DNA of 64,000 nt from positions 3,968,001-4,032,000 of the forward strand of contig OZ361259.1 of the NCBI GenBank assembly GCA_977018835.1, given 5' to 3'. Below, piece by piece: positions 22,733 through 33,600 of the stretch. The stretch is from Minutocellus sp. GHC0000111 (lineage: Eukaryota). Numbering within the stretch: position 1 is the stretch's first letter; each line of letters starts with the position of its first letter. The notes beneath the pieces are model-generated. The model saw only the letters and a list, made by a program, of their open reading frames with translations, did not search any database and was not told the origin of the DNA. A program made the position numbers and the translations under genes.

Positions 22733-24091
22733 TCATTTTAGCGGTAGGCACGCTGGTCGCAACACTGCTCCTCCCATACCAATGGTGCTTCGAAAGCCAT
22801 AGCCAGATTTGGTAGGTTTGTCTTTCTCCTCATCAGCATCACTCGACTGGTTCTCATCTTGATGCATTTTCAGCTCATCTTCGTATACCTTGAGGACACA
22901 ATCTCTTGCGAGAGCAATAGCCTCATCCATGGACAGGGTACAAAGAAATTTTTTCGCATCATTATTTGACAACGAAGCCATCGTTTCCTCGAGGACGTCA
23001 TTGTCAATCTCTTCTTCGTCGTAATCGCCGCCTCCTCTACTCCCCTCCATATCTGTTGAGCTCGTCATCCGTCTTGCGATTTCTTTCATTAAGTATGCTT
23101 CGGCAACTGCTGCCCCTCTTCCCACAGTTGCCGCATCGCACGACCAGAACTGACCACTGGGATCGACACGCCAGATCTTGGGTGCACCACAACCTTCAGC
23201 CGTGTCTACAATGATCGCCGATGCTGCCAGGGCACGATTTCTAGTTGACTGCGTCGAAACTTGGACCATGTCGGCAATTTTTCGTGCCAAGATTGATCCA
23301 TCGACTCCAAACATTCCACATTTTGAGCGGCGCCCTCCTTTGGGTGTAGATTGGTAGGTGAATCCAGTACCACCAAAATTGGAATTGTGCATGTCCGATG
23401 CCATTGATCTTATCCGATCAAGCAATACAGCTGCATCGGTTGGGGTTCCTCCTGCTGCTACCAACATAGTCGGCGAAAGAATTGACATTGTCGGTGGGAT
23501 GGACCTGTCTGATGAGTTAACAAGGAGGTCCGAGCGGAAGCTTGGCTCATTTTGTTCCTCGTTGTTGGTCTCCTCGCCTTCTTCACTGTCGTCATCTTCC
23601 TTTCGGTCATTGTCCGTACTAGTAGTTGCCAGTAGGGCCGATGCTTGAATCGCAAGAGGACTTCGCGGTGACGTCCCAACAACCACGATGAATTCCTTGT
23701 TGGAATCATAACCCTCTTCCTTGCCGACGCCACCACATCGTAGCGCCACTACAAGGCCGGCAGTTGCATCATCTTTGTTGCATGCCGCCATCCCTACGCT
23801 ATCGACCATGTGAAGCCAACCCGTTGGTGCGAATACGGTCGGTGGATAGGTTTCGTACTGTGCCCGCTCGAACGGGTCAATGTGAATGCTCGGGGCTGAT
23901 GCTGCAACTGAAAGAGACATGTGGAGGAAGCATGCTGCATTTGCAGCACACACGAAAAAGGAGCGTCGTACGGCGGCGGCGGTCCGAAGTGCCGCTTTGA
24001 CAGCTGCTGGTTTGGGCCGATCCATTGAGCTCATTCCTACAACACCAAGAACGATAGCATCAGCGAATGAAGGGCTAATCTTCCTATGCAA
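22733..24091 (-). CDS. Divergent 20S proteasome alpha-subunit-like Ntn-fold protein with N-terminal extension
   Basis: YETYPPTVFAPTGWLHMVD resembles the alpha N-terminal YDRxxTxFSPxGRLxQVE; KIADMVQVSTQ...RAL; IWRVDPSGQFWSCDAATVGRGA. Confidence 0.75.
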   Translation of the reverse strand: MHRKISPSFADAIVLGVVGMSSMDRPKPAAVKAALRTAAAVRRSFFVCAANAACFLHMSLSVAASAPSIHIDPFERAQYETYPPTVFAPTGWLHMVDSVGMAACNKDDATAGLVVALRCGGVGKEEGYDSNKEFIVVVGTSPRSPLAIQASALLATTSTDNDRKEDDDSEEGEETNNEEQNEPSFRSDLLVNSSDRSIPPTMSILSPTMLVAAGGTPTDAAVLLDRIRSMASDMHNSNFGGTGFTYQSTPKGGRRSKCGMFGVDGSILARKIADMVQVSTQSTRNRALAASAIIVDTAEGCGAPKIWRVDPSGQFWSCDAATVGRGAAVAEAYLMKEIARRMTSSTDMEGSRGGGDYDEEEIDNDVLEETMASLSNNDAKKFLCTLSMDEAIALARDCVLKVYEDELKMHQDENQSSDADEEKDKPTKSGYGFRSTIGMGGAVLRPACLPLK

Positions 24092-24391
24092 TGAGTGCCA
24101 ATGAAGTGTTGTTTGTCAGATTGGTGGCGGTACAAACTCTCCTCCGATTCCTCCGGGTTTTTATTTTGGCGGGCCCGCCAAACCGCCAAATATGCGTCAG
24201 GATCTGGTAGGAGCGAAAAAGAACTTATTGAATTGCCAGGGGAATGAGCGTGTTGCTCGTCATTTGATTAATATCGCCGGCATGACTCACATGGGCGATG
24301 GTATCCGCCATCGGTACAGGCCAGATTCCCAAAAAAAAAATGGGGTGAACGAGCAGCGAATAGCGGTGGGTACACAAACAAATCGTCTGAT

Positions 24392-25234
24392 GTGTGGTTT
24401 TATGTTGCGATCATCGGGTTCTTTGTGTTCCTGCGCTTTCTCCCGTGGATATTGAGGAAACTTGGATGTATCCCACCAAGACCAGAGCGCGTCGTTCTTC
24501 GCCGTAACCCCGGTGAGGAGACCACAGAAGAGCTCTCCGGGGAAGAGCGTAAAGAGCTGGTCACCAAAAGCCTCTCAACTACGAAAGTCACAAAGCACTC
24601 TCCTGATATTTGTTTGGGCGAGTGTGTGGAGAGACAACCCATAGGTACGGGGAAACAAGATCCATCCCGGATATCGCTGGCTTCAGTCAGTACCGTGACA
24701 GCAGATGAAGAAGAGATTGAACAAGAAGAAGAAGAAGGAATCGAAAGGGCCAGAGAGGACGTTGGTGTTGGTGATGAAGCCTCTTCAAATGACGACCAAA
24801 CCACTCTCAGTCCGTGCCATATATGCCTTGATCACTTTCGAGTCGGTGAGGAGATATCCTGGTCAAATGTATCAAAATGTGAACACTGCTTTCACTCCCA
24901 GTGCATCAATGAGTGGCTGCTCAAGCATCAAGCCTGTCTGCTCTGCAGAGCGAATATGCTGGATCTCACAAGTTTACAACGACGGGATTCCGAGGAGGGA
25001 CGAGAAGATGATGATAGCAGTAACGTACAAGATGAAGTCGCTGACGTCCAGGTAGAAATTACGCCTGGCCTCGATACATCGTGCAATCCTTTGCCTGCCA
25101 ACGAGGAGAACTTGGTGGCGGCTGAGGAAGGTGAAGCCAAGAGCATTAACGTCGATGCGACAGGAAATAGGCAAGAAGAAGCTTTAGGAGAGAGGATGTG
25201 TTTTTGTGTTGAGCACGGAGTAGAGGATTTGTAG
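24392..25234 (+). CDS. Transmembrane RING-H2 E3 ligase-like protein; true start uncertain, stop supplied by the transposon end
   Basis: N-terminal TM helix; CHIC...CEHCFHSQCINEWL...CLLC; last codons (EDL*) lie within the element TIR. Listed start codon is GTG. Confidence 0.8.
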   Translation: MWFYVAIIGFFVFLRFLPWILRKLGCIPPRPERVVLRRNPGEETTEELSGEERKELVTKSLSTTKVTKHSPDICLGECVERQPIGTGKQDPSRISLASVSTVTADEEEIEQEEEEGIERAREDVGVGDEASSNDDQTTLSPCHICLDHFRVGEEISWSNVSKCEHCFHSQCINEWLLKHQACLLCRANMLDLTSLQRRDSEEGREDDDSSNVQDEVADVQVEITPGLDTSCNPLPANEENLVAAEEGEAKSINVDATGNRQEEALGERMCFCVEHGVEDL

Positions 25235-28200
25235 AGGGTATACCAACAACCCCTAAAAAAGGTCATTCTTGCACCCATTTCTCATTTCCCACCACACGTG
25301 TCTTGTTAGTCGATGTTCTCTTCGGGAGGAACGCAAAAACACTCTCCTCAACTCGTGGATGTCTACTGGACCTGCTCATTCAGTAGGTTGCCACCGACCA
25401 GTAGTGTTATCCACTGAATTCGCAGGTCCAGTAGATTCTGGCAGGAACACATGTGTTTTTTGGTCCCCCGCACACCCTCACCGCAACCCGCAAATTTTGT
25501 GACGATGACGACGACCAACCAGACCACGCCCAAAAAATACAAACGCAGCAGAACTTCGTTCTCAGGGAGCAAGAGAGGCAACACCAAGGCATCCAGGAAG
25601 GCGGCAAAGGCGGCAGCTGAGCCGAAAACACCATCGCCGAGCGCAAGCACGTCGAAGAAGCGGCCACGGTCACAAATTCGCCCGCCAAACCGTCACCGTC
25701 GTCGGCGAAGAAGAGGACGGCCCCTCCTCCTATCCCCATGGCCTTTCTCCTTGCAGCAGATGTCATTCGAAGGGCTGGTAAGGATCTGTGGTGGAGAGCA
25801 ACCCCCGATTCCTGCGGCAAAGATGACATTTGTGTTGGTTCTCGGCAGAAATGGGAAGACGTCCTCCCTGCTTTCATCGAGGCCGACTTGTTGCGTTCCA
25901 AGTCCGTCGGTGGAGGAAAGTATGAGCTACAGTACAACGAGGAAAAATGGAAGGATGTGCAGCAACATCTCAAGGAGCATTGTAGTTTGAAGTTGCACTT
26001 GTCGACGTGTCGGCCGAGAGGGAAGACAAGACGCAGGGCGCTTTATGTTTGTGCTCACAGGTTGCGTAAAAAGAAGGAGGACAACCACCCGAAATTCTCT
26101 GGACCGGAGGGACAGAAGGTGCACGAGAAAAGAAATCCCGATGAAGTTCTGTTCTCTGGGCGCTCGACTGTCTTAGCTACTAAGCTAGGTGAGAGGTTGT
26201 CAGCTCACAGAAAGGAGGTGCAGTCAGCGCATTGCGAAGCAAGAGTGAAATCACTAGTCGACGAGGCCAAGAAACTGGGTTGGATGCCAGCAAGTCTCCT
26301 CAGCATGCTGAAGGGAACTGGTGATGCTTCCGCCACTGAAGCAGCTGCAGCCTCCCCCAATGATGAAGGTTTAGGAGGAGCCGACACTTCCGTTGTCTGT
26401 GCCACCTCCAGTGACATTGATGAACAGGTAAAGGTCGCTCTCGGCCTCGACTTTGTTGTTCGGATGGCCAACGATGACATGCTCCGTCCTCCTCGTCCCA
26501 ATGCAACCGTCACCGAACCAACACCAATCAGAAAAGAAAAGCAGGCGAATGAAAGAATGCGGTTCAGCGCCGTGGCTCTCGCGGATTGGTGGGGATGCGG
26601 CGACCCAACTCGCACGCATGAAGACCGGCAACAAATTGCAACTGCCGCGTGTCGGCAAGTTGCGCACGATCACGGCTATGCCAAGTCAACCGGTGGTTCT
26701 CAGCTTTACAAGTGGAGAGACCAGCTCTACAAAAGCCTCACTGATGGCATCAGCAATCCCATCGGCAGAAAGGAGGTTCGTGGAAGGAAGGCATGCACGG
26801 ACATGATCGAGGAGAAGGAGCCAGGATGTCTCCGCGAGCTGTGTCGGCATGCTACTCGGATGAAGGGTGCGATGGCAACCTTTAAGGAGCTAGCTGACTG
26901 CATGAGCGCAAAATCAGCTACTCCAGATGAAGACAGGCTGACAATTAGTCTCCATCGTCTTCAGCTTTTTCGCTGGTGGAAAAAGCAAGGCGGCAAGGAG
27001 AAGTCGTCGATCGAGAAGCCGAGGCTCACCCCCGAACATTGTAGGAAGCGACTTGATTGGATCGAAAAGTGGGAGGACATTGCGACCGATCCCAACATTC
27101 CTGTAGCGCATCTTGATGAAAAGTGGTTTTACACTGCTACTCGGCGACGAAAGATCAAGATGTTGCCACTTTCTGACGAAGAACTAAGCAGTCCGAACCT
27201 CGCGTCTATCCATGCTTCCGAGGCAAGCCCGAAAATTCGATCCAGAAGATGCCCTGTCAAAGTTATGTGTCTTGGAGTTGTTGGCCGACCAATGAAGGAT
27301 GAAACCAAAGACGTTGATTTCAATGGGCGCATCATGATCAAGAGAGTCGCCAGGGAGCAGAAGGTGGAAAAGCTTACGCGTAATCAGAATTTCTCTCCAG
27401 ATGCTAAGGTCAACGATGCGCTAAAAATGACAAAGATTGGCGCGACATTTACGACGAGAATGCTGACATGACCGCCGGCCATCTTTGCGACCACATTGCC
27501 GAAATCTACGGCCTTTCTGAGTTTGTTACAGAGCGATTGGAACTTCAATGCGAGGACTGTAAATCCGACGGTCAGGCAAAAAGTCGCAAGCATGCCGCTG
27601 TTGGCTGCAATCAAAAGATCTCGAGTCTCAAGCGACACACTCCTGATAGCAATGGAGAGAAGGTGAAGGTTGAGATCGACGACCTTGAGCTCGGGGTGCG
27701 GTATCAACGGGGCGATAAGGTTACCAAGGACTGTAGCTGCGACTCCAAATGGATGTTGGAGACTGTGAATGAGGTCGGGAAGGCGATTCGAGACGCACAT
27801 CATTGGGTGAAGTGGGATCCACAAAATATTCAGGAGTCTGATGTTACATATCTTATGATGGACAATGCCGGCGGTCATGGGTCCAATGAAGCAGTTGAGA
27901 AGCACACCGAGGACCTCAAAAACAAATATAAGATTGAGATAATCCAGCAGGTTCCTCGGTCGCCCGAGACAAATGTTCTTGATCTCGGCATCTGGATGTC
28001 TTTGCAGTCGGCCGTCGAAAAGGAGCATCGCGGTCAGAAGAATGATGCGAATGCTCTTGACAAGACTGTGATGAAAGTATGGGCCAATGTCGCATCAAAA
28101 GAGGCCTTTCTCAATGTATTTGGAAAACTTCCAGTGATATATAACAACATCAAGAGAAGTCGTGGCGGTAACAATCTTGTGGAGACCAGACGGGGAAAGG

Positions 28201-28657
28201 CTGGTCTCTCGCAAAAATTGCCGAGGAAGAAGCTGAAGAGGATGGTGAACCACTCTGGCCAATTGATGCTCCCGGCGAAGATGATGACATTGAGGACGAC
28301 ATAGATGAAAATGATGAAGACGATGGAGTCATTGATTTGCTATAACTTATCATAGCATGTCCATTTCTATTCATTACATTTTGATTTTTGGTGCTTCCAA
28401 AAATGTGTTTTTTCCCGGGGTGAGGAATGCAAATGTCGAAAAAAATCATCACATAATGTACATTTATTGGTTCTGGTGCACAATATCTCTCGACTATATG
28501 TAGAAGTTGGTGACCATAACTTGGTTCTTGCCCCGACTTCCATCTTGGCCGTCATTTATTCCTCGGAGTTAGAAAAAGTGAGCTTGGATTTTTGGTCTGG
28601 TGTGGTCGTGTTTCTAATACGTCATCATCACGTCACTTTCAAATCCTCTGAACTAGG
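25222..28657 (+). mobile_element. Tc1/mariner DD39D-type DNA transposon, copy 2 (inverted relative to copy 1)
   Basis: Reverse complement of copy 1 at >99% identity; 5' TIR lacks its outer 12 bp; 3' TIR has a 4-bp deletion (CGAA) and is followed by TA at 28658..28659. Confidence 0.92.
25505..28345 (+). pseudogene. DD39D transposase (~945 aa if three A-run frameshifts are repaired)
   Basis: ORFs 25451.., 25738..27471, 27468..28304 and an acidic tail ending VIDLL* join after adding one A near 25673, 27425 and 28215; catalytic motifs LDEKWF, DNAGGH, NVLDLG. Confidence 0.88.
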
Positions 28658-28659
28658 TA

Positions 28660-30478
28660 CGTCCAGGTCAATTTTATTCTTGTACCAGGAGGGGATCAAA
28701 AAAACTCATTTCCCGGGGGAAAACCCCCTGTTGACAGCATCGCGCGTTTGTTAGCAAAAAACACAGACAAGATGATCAACCGTCAACAATGGAACACATG
28801 AATAAACCAAGCTACGCTGGGCGATACACTCCATGAGACGCAGCCATATACAGCACATGCCTGCATTAGGATGTTATGAGCGCGTCTTGACCGCCGAAGC
28901 CCGTCGCTGACGCCGCAGAGCATAAATTTATTTATTGCTGCTCACTTACACGTCGTTCCGCCCCTCGTTACCGCGCGGAATTGGAGCTTGCTTGCACTCA
29001 AAAGAGCAGGAAGTAGACCACCGCTTGCTGCAAGACGATGGTATATCATCTTCATAATATATTGTGGGATGGATTGATAGCGATATTTGAGGTGGAGAAT
29101 GCTGGAAACAACTTCGTTTTCCAACTTTTCGGTCAAATTCTTGCTGAAAATCGATGATTCGGAGGTGGCTGCAGCCAGAACATGGGACTTAAAGCCTCAT
29201 ATACGATCGAAACTGGCCGATGCTTGGCTTTGGCGGCCAATGGATACACATGAGATGGGTTGGGCAGCCGCTGATTGGGGTCTCCGGTGAGAGGTATTGT
29301 TCTATTTACACACATGGACAAGTAAAAGGAAATCTTTTGCACTCTCCTCAACTACTCCTTTGCTCCTCACTTTACCTGCAGAGAACACAACCACCCCATC
29401 TGGCGGCCATCCAGTCCAGCCACAGGCTAGTATATTTACACAGCGGATATCGTCATCATTTCTGTGACCATCGGGGCCTCAATCGTCGAAAAACATTGAG
29501 CATTTGTGATTTTGAAATGGTTCAAGATTTGGGGTGGAATCATTTAACTTTAGAGATGCTTATGATATGGGGCACTGAGCGCTGAATGGCCGCAGTAGCG
29601 GGTATTCTCGCTCATATATGATATAACAGCACTCAAATATGGTGGGTGGGGACGATGGGCCGTTCCTCTTGCCCATTCGGCAGATGTCTGAATCACTGGG
29701 AATGGAGCGAAATCGAACCTGAAATAAGGAGGAGAATGGATCATATAAAATAAAGAGATAAAGCCCCACTGAGGCGCTATGGCACTTAACTTCACCCTCT
29801 ATATATATTAGTTGGTCTGCATGGCTATCATCTGAGGGAAGGAAGCAGCACAATGGGTGCTCATGCTGCTATCCTCCCCCAACCACCACCAGCGCCAGCG
29901 CAATTATACCACAATCAGGGCTCATGGGGTCACGTTCTTTGTCCGGTGTGGAGCTCCACGACGAAGCCGAAAATGTCGATTTTGGGGCATCTTCGTGGTG
30001 GAAATTCGAATGAATAAAAGCCCCCGTTGCTCGGAGTCTCGGTGCATGCAGCCTCAACACATACTGAATGGACAATACAAATGCAGACTCCGAGCAAATG
30101 GGTGGTAGACAATGCATTCATGGGCGCTTCCTGGTGGGGTGGTGCCGTCGAATCGGCACAAACTCGTGACATGTGTTGTGTTTGAGACATTATTTCTCAA
30201 GAAATACATGCGAGTAACTTGCACTCTCGGTGCGCACGTGCCGAAGAGGTATCAAATGGTCATTTCGAATGCAGAGTGTAAGTTACTCGTTGGTGGTGGT
30301 GGAGATATCTGCGGCGGCGGTGACCATGGTTGAGCCCATGCTTTCGCCGTGATAAAAAAATGAGCGGGTTTTCGGTCGAGAGGGCGAAAACAAGTGGGGG
30401 CATAAGTATTTTGGTCCCGATTTCCAACGAGTTCCTCGCACGTAGAACCTACGTGAGACGGGACCACTGTCCTGGACG
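28660..30478. mobile_element. Probable degenerate TA-flanked element with short TIRs, directly abutting copy 2
   Basis: TA|CGTCCAGGTCAAT at 28658 versus ACTGTCCTGGACG|TA ending 30480 (8-bp perfect, 11/13 overall). The interior has only stop-riddled minus-strand coding remnants (~28942..29500). Confidence 0.5.
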
Positions 30479-30686
30479 TAGACTCGACTCGACACGCTCA
30501 ACAGTTACTCAACATGCATGCAAATGGCGAGAGCGAGAGCAAAGAGATAGATCGAGAGGAAGCAGCAGCGGCAAGATAGCACCCATTTGATTTTTCTAAT
30601 ATATTTGCGTTTTTGATAGTTACGACCAGCCCCCCTCGCCGGATCAACCCGCATCACGCCACTTGCAAGCCAAGTCGTACACGAGC

Positions 30687-33600
30687 ATGGGAGTCAAGGG
30701 CCTCTGGCGCCTCCTCCTCCCCATCGGCCGCCGAATTTCCATCGAAACCCTCGAGGGACGCGTCCTGGCCATCGACGCCTCCATCTGGCTCACGCAATTC
30801 CTCAAGGCCAATCGCGATCCCGACACCGGCACCGTCCGGCCGGGGGCGCATCTCGTCGGATTCTTGCGACGCATCTGCAAGCTCTTGTATCATGGCATCC
30901 GACCCGTGTTTGTGTTTGATGGGGCCACGCCGGAGATCAAGTTGAGGGAGATTCGAGCACGACGAGAGCGGAGGGAGAAGATGACCATCGGCGTCGGTGG
31001 TGGTGGTGGTGGGGACAACGACGATGGGGCCATCAAGCGCATGGCCCGCAAGCTGCTCGTGGCGGATCTGAAGCGCCAAAAGGAGTTGAAGCAGGCGGCG
31101 AAATCTTCCGCGAAGAAGGACAATTACAAGGGCGCATCCGGTGGTGGGGCATTTTCGTCTAATTTCAATCTAGATGGCGATGACGATGATGGAGATGATG
31201 GTCAAGTGCAAGAGGGTGATAATCAAACGCAGGATCAGAATCCAAGCAATGCAGATGAAGAGAAGAAGACGGCAGCAGACAAGGGCCCAGATACTAATAA
31301 CGACGATGCCGACGATGGCGTCATTGATTTATCGGAGTTGGACGACGGAGCAGAATATTTGCGGCGAGGTCAAGATGTAGAAGATCACGACCAGAACGAC
31401 TGGGACAATCCTAAGCCTGCCCTGTTTGGGTCTGACGATGATTCCTCGTCTTCGGGCGCATCGAACGGGGAGGTCCAAATCCCCGAAGATGAGGAACAGC
31501 TCGATATCGATGCCTTTCTATCTCTGCCCGCCAGTCAGCGAAAGGACATCATCGAAAAGGCCAAGAGGCAGCAGCGGATGCGCTCGCGGAAGGAATTCAT
31601 GCAGGCGGCGGCCAATCCAGAAGTGTATTCGCAGGTGCAGCTGCGCAACTTCCTCAGGTCGTCCAACCTGAACAAGAAGATCAATGAGATGGGCGTCAAG
31701 GCTGCCAAGGGAGAAGGCGTCGATGGGTTGGAGGGGGAGGCAATCGCATCCGATGCCACTAGACGCTTTATTTTTACCAAGGATAGTGACAAGGATAAGA
31801 ATGGTGGCGGCAGCGGTGGTGGGAGGACGGGTGCCAGTACTGGTCCTTTGGGTGGATCCACATTGGCTTCTTCGGGAGCTGCTGCATCTCAGCTCGATGA
31901 CACTCCCAGTCGTCGTCATCGGCTGCGTCGCTTGGGGAAGCACAACAACAACGCCACCAGCGATGATGATGACGACGACGACGACGACGATATCTTTGGA
32001 GTCGATTCGAATGCAAACGGCAATAAGCGTGGGGCAACTGCCGCGTCGGGGAAGGCTCAGCCATTCTATTCCTCCACGGATGATGATGATGACGACGAAG
32101 AAGATGGGGGCGGAGGCTTCCTGGTTGAAGACGAAGCCAGTCCCAAGCAAGGAGGAAGTCCCGATCCCAAGCGCTCAAACTATAAGTCCCGCACGCACCA
32201 CGACGCAAGCGGGTGGACACTTGACGAGGCCAATGTGTTCGGATCAACAGCCAGCGATCACAATGGTGGCGCATCCGATGATGATAGCGGGGGAGGTGGG
32301 TTTCTAGCGGAAGATACCCCGAATCTCTCGATAAGTCGCCACGGCAACGAAGCAAAGGGAGGCAACAGCAATGCTCAAATGGTGGAAGATGAAATTCTTG
32401 CCCGCGCTCTCCAAGAAGCAGAAGATGAGGACGCTGTGGTGGCCGAATCTGTGGGTGACGAAGAATATCTTGTGGGAACGACCGCCCACGCCAGAAAAAG
32501 ATCGCCGAAGAAGGACGGCAGGGTGGTTTCTCGTACTAGTAGTAGCCGCAGCCAGGAAGAATCCGATGCTATTCTTGCAGCTCAACTCGAGGCGGAGGAA
32601 CGAAGCCAGACCAACAATATTGGGCGAAAATCTGAAATTATTGGTCTGAGTGGCACCTCTGATCAACAAAGTAAAGGGAAGAGCAAAGAGGGATCTGTTG
32701 TGTTGTTGGACTCGGATTCTGACAAGAATGGCGCTGAAGATGACGACAATGACTCAGATGTCGAGGTATTGCCACCTCCTGGCAAACGTAAGCGTGGTGG
32801 CGTTCGCCACAAGAAACCCGCGGTCCCCGTTGAATCGCCTTCTGAGAAGGACGTTTCTAATGAGTCGGAAGAAGAGGAGGACCAAGAAAATGATGATATT
32901 GATTGGGAGGACGGAAACGAAGCCGAGTTCGCCGCCGATGATGACCTTCCTGCTGAAACACAGCCCAAAGCCTCTACACATGCACAAATGGGTATGGACA
33001 CGCCTGAAGAGCTCGCCAATGAGATCGATGTTGATGAAGGTGGCGACGACGATATTGGCTGGCAGGATGGGGACGACGGCGGTGAAGAAGAGGAGGTGGA
33101 AGTCAAGCCTGCTGCGGCTGCTTCGCCTCAGAAAAGAACGGGGGAGGAAAGCATATCGGAAGAGGATGGTGATATCGCATGGGAAGATGGTGAGGGTGAA
33201 GAGGATGAAGCTTCAAATGGAGAATTGCAAGCACCAGTGAAAGTCGACAATGCTGACGGTAGTGATGCCAAAGCCGGAGACGAAATCGGCGAAATAACTG
33301 ATATCTCACGACGGAACAGCAGCAGAAGGAGCAGTCTGAGCGAGACTGATGGAGAGTTTGGCGACGAAGCTACAAATGATTTCGCTGCAACACCATCAAG
33401 TAACGCCAATATGGCTGCCCTGAAGCACGCAGAGGAGACGGCTGCAAATCTTACGGACTGGGCTGGCCGGGCCGTCCGCAGGGCCATTGCAACTCACATG
33501 GAAGAGTCGGGTGCTCAGGATAGTCCACAAGGTACCGGCACATCGGCCACGGCAAAGCCATTGGGATTCACAATGTCTGAAGAGGTCGTTGTTGATGACT

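Noticed and set aside
17345..28657. Inverted pair as a pure assembly artefact
   Set aside because: The copies differ by patterned substitutions and indels and have distinct junctions; still worth confirming with reads.
25222..28657. Classical RIP or CpG decay as the main cause of copy differences
   Set aside because: No nonsense gain, TpA is low rather than high, CpG is retained, and the TA duplication is altered. Not fully excluded for individual CA/TG pairs.
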